IMG/VR virus record: IMGVR_UViG_3300012163_000004
Coordinates: 1 to 37,408 of that record
Reading direction: 5' to 3' (one strand)
Origin: a virus
Lineage: Duplodnaviria > Caudoviricetes
DNA: 37,408 nt
Shown piece after piece: positions 33,801-37,408 of this stretch. The notes beneath the pieces are model-generated. The model saw only the letters and a list, made by a program, of their open reading frames with translations, was not told the origin of the DNA and did no database searches. The translations under genes were made by a program, and so were the position numbers. The number at the start of each line of letters is the position of its first letter. The first letter of the stretch is position 1.

Positions 33801-34748
33801 ATGCAACTGCAACCTCCCCCCCAAATTCCAGATCTCCATGCAGAATGCGCCCGGTTGAAGCAAGGGGTCCACGCTCCCAACACGATCTACGGCTACGGCC
33901 ACGACTGGACGATGTTCCGCCGCTGGGCGGAGAGCAGAGAGCGGCCATACCTCCCGGCCACGACGGAGACAGTGTGCCTCTACCTGACGGACTTGCTGAT
34001 GCGCGGCAGAAAGGTTAGTACGGCGAGCCGGCGCACCAGCGCGATCGCGCATCATCACCGGGCCGGCGGCCACACATCGCCCGTCGATACGAACGTGCGC
34101 GAGTTGCTCACGGGCGCAAAGCGGATTCGGATGGAGCGGCCGCGCCAGGTCTGCGCCCTGTCCGTTGGCGACCTCCGGAAGATCTGCTCGCACCTGACGA
34201 AACAAGGGACACCGATTGCGATCCGCAACCGCGCCCTGCTGGTCATAGGCTTCCTGTCGGCGCTTCGACGGTCGAATCTGGTTACGCTCGCGCTGGAAGA
34301 CGTGGAATTCTGTCCGGAGGGGCTGATCCTGATGGTTCGCCGGGAGAAACAGGACCAGGTTGGCCGGGGCCGGCATATCGGCCTGCCAAAGGGCAAGCGG
34401 AAGGAAACCTGCCCGGTGCGGTGTCTCGAGGCGTGGCTCGATATCCGCGGCGTCGAATCGGGACCGCTGTTCACCCGGTTCGACAAGGGCCATGAAGGCG
34501 AGCCGATGAAGCGGGGAGACGCCGTGTCTCAGGTCGTCAAAAGCGCCGTCGAGCTGCTCGGCCTCGATCCCGGTGAATACGGTGGTCACTCGCTGCGGGC
34601 GGGATTCATCACCGCCGCGGCCGAGGCCGGCGTCGGGGAGCTGACGATCGCCAACCATACCGGCCATCGATGCCTCGGAGTCTTGAGGCGCTATATCCGC
34701 AGAGCGAATGTATTTCGCGGGAACGCAGCCGCCATGATCGGGCTGTAA
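33801..34748 (+). CDS. Cre-like tyrosine recombinase
   Basis: N-terminal core-binding domain APNT..GY..DW..F..W. Catalytic motifs RNRALL..GF.SALRRS, KQDQ.G.G, CPV, GHSLRAGF and GH......RYIR. No arm-binding domain. Confidence 0.92.
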   Translation: MQLQPPPQIPDLHAECARLKQGVHAPNTIYGYGHDWTMFRRWAESRERPYLPATTETVCLYLTDLLMRGRKVSTASRRTSAIAHHHRAGGHTSPVDTNVRELLTGAKRIRMERPRQVCALSVGDLRKICSHLTKQGTPIAIRNRALLVIGFLSALRRSNLVTLALEDVEFCPEGLILMVRREKQDQVGRGRHIGLPKGKRKETCPVRCLEAWLDIRGVESGPLFTRFDKGHEGEPMKRGDAVSQVVKSAVELLGLDPGEYGGHSLRAGFITAAAEAGVGELTIANHTGHRCLGVLRRYIRRANVFRGNAAAMIGL

Positions 34749-35222
34749 GTCTGGTTGCAGGGCCAAAACAGCCAAGCAACCATGCTTCCTTCCCTCTAAC
34801 ATTCTGAAGTACAAACTAGTTACGGCTCTGATTTTCGAGTAGCTTCGGAGTAGGAGCGTCGGGAAAAGGTTGTTGGGTCTGTTAACTTCTCGGGCTCGGG
34901 TTGGGGCTGTTTTAGTCGTCGCGCTTCCCCCTCTCGGATAAAGAGGGCAGGGGAAGGACGACCGCTATCCGATGGCTCTGTGGGACAGAACCGCGGCCGC
35001 CGCTTCCACCGTTAAACAGTCCGGCGATCAACCGGACAGCAACAAGGTAGCACACAGTTCACCTCCCGGTGAAATGAATGCCTTACTTTTTGCAGCGGGC
35101 CACACACCGCCGGAGCAGCGGACGAACACACAGCCTGCAATCAGAAGGACGAGTACCACGTTATGCCGATTCGGCGTCGAACGGCAATCCTCGAGCCTTG
35201 AACTAGTACGTCTAGACTCACC

Positions 35223-35705
35223 TTAACCTAAATTACGGTTTTTGTTCGCCAAGGCTTCCCCGGCGATCGCGTCGAGATCGCGCCGATTGACGCGCCAGCG
35301 GCCGCCTGAGCGCACGCCGACGTCGAGCGCGGCGAGCTTGCCGTCAACGATCCTCGCCGAGAGGAACGACGCCGGCAGGCCGGTGTACTCCGCGGCTTCG
35401 TCGACGGTGAGCCAGGGGCGAGCGGGCGCTTCGAGCGCTGGAAGTGCGATAGCTTGCGATGATGGCCGCAGGGTTCCGCCAGGTATCGCAACGCTCGCCG
35501 CACTTTGAGGCGCGGCCTGGATCCGCTCGGCGGCCAGGCGCTCGACGTCGGGGCGCGCGAACACCGCAGCTCGCCGGTGCGTCTGCGGGTCGTTATGGTA
35601 GTGCCGCTTGATCCGTCCGGACTGCGAAAGCTCAAGCAGTCGGCGTGGAGAAATGCCGAGGGCCTCGGCGGCTCGGCGCTTGCTGATGTATTCTGGTTTC
35701 GTCAC
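35223..35705 (-). CDS. Tandem excisionase-like (MerR/HTH_17) DNA-binding protein
   Basis: Two domains: YISKRRAAEALGIS...GRI and WLTVDEAAEYTGLP...GKL.A...WRV.R.DLD. Confidence 0.82.
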   Translation of the reverse strand: MTKPEYISKRRAAEALGISPRRLLELSQSGRIKRHYHNDPQTHRRAAVFARPDVERLAAERIQAAPQSAASVAIPGGTLRPSSQAIALPALEAPARPWLTVDEAAEYTGLPASFLSARIVDGKLAALDVGVRSGGRWRVNRRDLDAIAGEALANKNRNLG

Positions 35706-35777
35706 GAGTTGTTATCCATCGCTTGCGGCGGCGGCTCCGGGGGGAGGCGCCGCCGCGATTCGTTAGAGTAGCAAAGA

Positions 35778-35954
35778 GTGGTGCTTCTAGAGCTGGGTAA
35801 AAATCGGTTCCGGCTGGAATTGTCCCGCGAGGAACTCGATCAATTCATCCAGTTGCTCGGGCGGTCGACGGGCACGGCATTGCAGCAAGGAGAGACGGCA
35901 CTGGCACAATCTCTGATGCGTTTCGCTGCTGCACTGGGGCTCGATCCGCTATGA
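35778..35954 (+). CDS. Hypothetical protein (58 aa, not in the ORF track)
   Basis: MVLLELGKNRFRLELSREELDQFIQLLG...GLDPL; its stop overlaps the next ATG. Confidence 0.55.
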   Translation: MVLLELGKNRFRLELSREELDQFIQLLGRSTGTALQQGETALAQSLMRFAAALGLDPL

Positions 35955-36262
35955 AGAACCGTCCTGATCCCTCAAGTCCGGAAGCGCCGAAGTACTGGAT
36001 GCACGAGACGGGCGGCGAGCTTGCCGCCGCGATAAAACGCTACCTGCGCGACGACACGCTTACCGCTCGTGACGTGCAGTTGATCGGGGCGTATTTCCGG
36101 CAATGGATCGATTCGCCCGTTTGGGATGCGAATCCGATGATCGACGAGCCTGGCCGTATCAATCTGATGACCCTGCGCGTGGGGGCACGCTTTCTACACA
36201 TGCGAGCCGATATCACGAAATGGCGGGAGCGGGCGGCCGAGGCAGGAATGGACCCGCTATGA
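35951..36262 (+). CDS. Hypothetical protein (103 aa)
   Basis: PKYWMHETGG.L..AI.RYL...Y.RQWI..PVW; ATGA coupling on both ends. Confidence 0.7.
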   Translation: MKNRPDPSSPEAPKYWMHETGGELAAAIKRYLRDDTLTARDVQLIGAYFRQWIDSPVWDANPMIDEPGRINLMTLRVGARFLHMRADITKWRERAAEAGMDPL

Positions 36263-36564
36263 CGCCCTACGGCCACCGCTGGCGCACGGTCACCCGCCCT
36301 CGCATCCTCGCACGGGACGGGCACCGTTGCCGGCGATGCGGGCGGGCCACCCGGCTCGATGTCGCGCACCTCGACCAGAACCCGGCGAACAACGACGAGG
36401 GCAACCTCGAGGCCCTTTGCCGGCTCCATCATCGACGTCATGATCTGGCGACCTGGCGGCGCAAGTGCCATGAGACGCGGGCGGCGAGGAAGGACGCGGC
36501 GCGGCCGCTACTGGACCTGGCGGGCCAACTCCTTGACTGTCATTGCAACGTGAATATACACTAA
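36259..36564 (+). CDS. HNH endonuclease
   Basis: W....R..ILARDG.RC..CG....LDVAHLD.NP.NN...NL.ALC..HH..HD; start ATG 36259 after GGAATGG. Confidence 0.88.
   Translation: MTPYGHRWRTVTRPRILARDGHRCRRCGRATRLDVAHLDQNPANNDEGNLEALCRLHHRRHDLATWRRKCHETRAARKDAARPLLDLAGQLLDCHCNVNIH
36533..36562 (+). promoter_or_regulatory. Candidate sigma70-type late promoter
   Basis: TTGACT-18 nt-TACACT ahead of a ~140-nt non-coding leader and the packaging operon. Confidence 0.5.
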
Positions 36565-36707
36565 ACCAACAGTTCAGGTTTTCGTTTTCACATCGGCCGC
36601 CCGTCCGGCCACAGGCAGTGCCAAAGAATAGACGGATGCTCTTCCTCGTTGGGTGATTTACGCCCGCATCCTTCCCCGAAAAAACCCCGGTCTACTCCCG
36701 CTACGGC

Positions 36708-36923
36708 ATGGAGCTTGTCGATTCACACCGGGCGTGCGCCCTCGAGCGGGCGCCGAACGCCGAGGTGGTGCGCCGGCGCGACGGCCGCGTCGTCCAGATC
36801 AACCTCTTGAGCTTCGGCGATGACCACCAGGCCCGACGCGGCCACGGCAACCCGCAGTCCCTGATCCACGATCACGAGACGAACACCAACCCCCCGCGGG
36901 TCTGGGAGCTGAAGCGTGCCTGA
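36708..36923 (+). CDS. Hypothetical protein (71 aa)
   Basis: Overlaps the terS start; same strand. Confidence 0.6.
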   Translation: MELVDSHRACALERAPNAEVVRRRDGRVVQINLLSFGDDHQARRGHGNPQSLIHDHETNTNPPRVWELKRA

Positions 36924-37389
36924 GGTTTCGAAGTCGAAGAAGAACGAGAGCTTCCTGAAGAAGCGCGCGTTCATCGCCGCCTACCGCACAACCGCGTCCG
37001 TCCACGCCGCCGGCCGTGCTGCGAAGATCCGGCCAGAGCTGCATTATCAATGGCTGAAGTCCGACGCGGTCTATCGCCTAGCCTGGGAGACGGTACAGGA
37101 CCAGGCCGCGCAGACGCTCGAGGACGAGGCCGTGCGGCGGGCACGCGAGGGCGTCAAGAGCATGGTGCTTCACCAGGGCCGCCCGGTGAAGCACGGCCGC
37201 AAGATCCTCTACGACGTCGAGTACTCCGACCAGCTCCTGCTGGCGCTCTTGAAACGCTTCCGTCCGGCGCTCTACCGCGAGCGCACCGAAACGCAGGTGA
37301 CGGGATCGCTCGAGATCATCGATCGATTGCAGGCCGGCCGGAAGCGCCTGCTCGAGATGACACCGAATGACGGCAGCATCGCCAGTTGA
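36916..37389 (+). CDS. terS: Terminase small subunit
   Basis: AFIAAY....V..A.RAA.I....HYQW...D HTH, then LEDEAVRRA.EGV and YSDQLL.ALLK...P..YRER; precedes the terL start. Confidence 0.88.
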   Translation: MPEVSKSKKNESFLKKRAFIAAYRTTASVHAAGRAAKIRPELHYQWLKSDAVYRLAWETVQDQAAQTLEDEAVRRAREGVKSMVLHQGRPVKHGRKILYDVEYSDQLLLALLKRFRPALYRERTETQVTGSLEIIDRLQAGRKRLLEMTPNDGSIAS

Positions 37390-37408
37390 TGTCGAACTCG
37401 CCGAGCAG
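37367..37408 (+). CDS. terL: Probable terminase large subunit N-terminus (3'-truncated)
   Basis: ATG overlapping the terS end, open to the window edge (MTAASPVDVELAEQ). Confidence 0.6.
   Translation, partial: MTAASPVDVELAEQ

Larger units (their letters stand above)
1..37408. mobile_element. Near-complete temperate P22-like podovirus genome, circularly permuted within terL
   Basis: Continuous phage gene order terL-portal-scaffold-coat-tail-ejection followed by early genes. The window ends with terS and the terL start and begins with the terL C-terminus. No host housekeeping genes seen. Confidence 0.93.

Noticed and set aside
33522-34814. 430-aa minus-strand ORF
   Set aside because: Antisense shadow of the tyrosine recombinase, as expected in high-GC DNA.
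1-37408. tRNA/rRNA genes, IS elements, attL/attR prophage boundaries
   Set aside because: No cloverleaf, rRNA-like or transposase sequence recognised by eye, and no host flanks are present. A tRNAscan-SE/Infernal run would be needed to exclude RNAs formally.

Overview
The window is a nearly complete, circularly permuted, high-GC phage genome with a P22-like podovirus gene order. It opens in the C-terminal part of the large terminase and ends with the small terminase plus the first 14 codons of the large terminase, so probably only the middle of terL is missing. From 1 to 23.8 kb (+ strand) is the virion operon: terL, portal, scaffold, coat, three paralogous capsid-adjacent proteins (one with a BACON domain), two head-tail adaptor paralogs, a repeat-containing fibre, a gp10-like tail hub, a very large needle/spike, a tail fibre, a gp14-like GNAT protein and three ejection proteins (the last with a DdrB-like ParB domain). 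From 23.8 to 36.9 kb is the early/accessory region: DUF29 and DUF2442, a divergent promoter/operator switch beside a 65-aa basic protein, a serine resolvase/invertase, a replication initiator with an internal origin-like structure, a Cre-like tyrosine recombinase, a tandem-HTH Xis-like protein and an HNH nuclease. The most notable signals are: (1) a 34-bp 13-8-13 lox-like site just upstream of the Cre-like gene; (2) a 44-aa early peptide, missing from the ORF track, that matches the phage's own scaffold motif at 13 of 21 residues; (3) a lambda-like switch whose repressor position holds a leaderless KGG-type mini-protein rather than an HTH repressor; (4) a perfect 22-bp inverted repeat bracketing about 1.7 kb next to the serine recombinase; (5) no recognisable endolysin. 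All product calls come from visual motif recognition and synteny; no database searches were run. An Acidobacteriota-like host is only a tentative inference.
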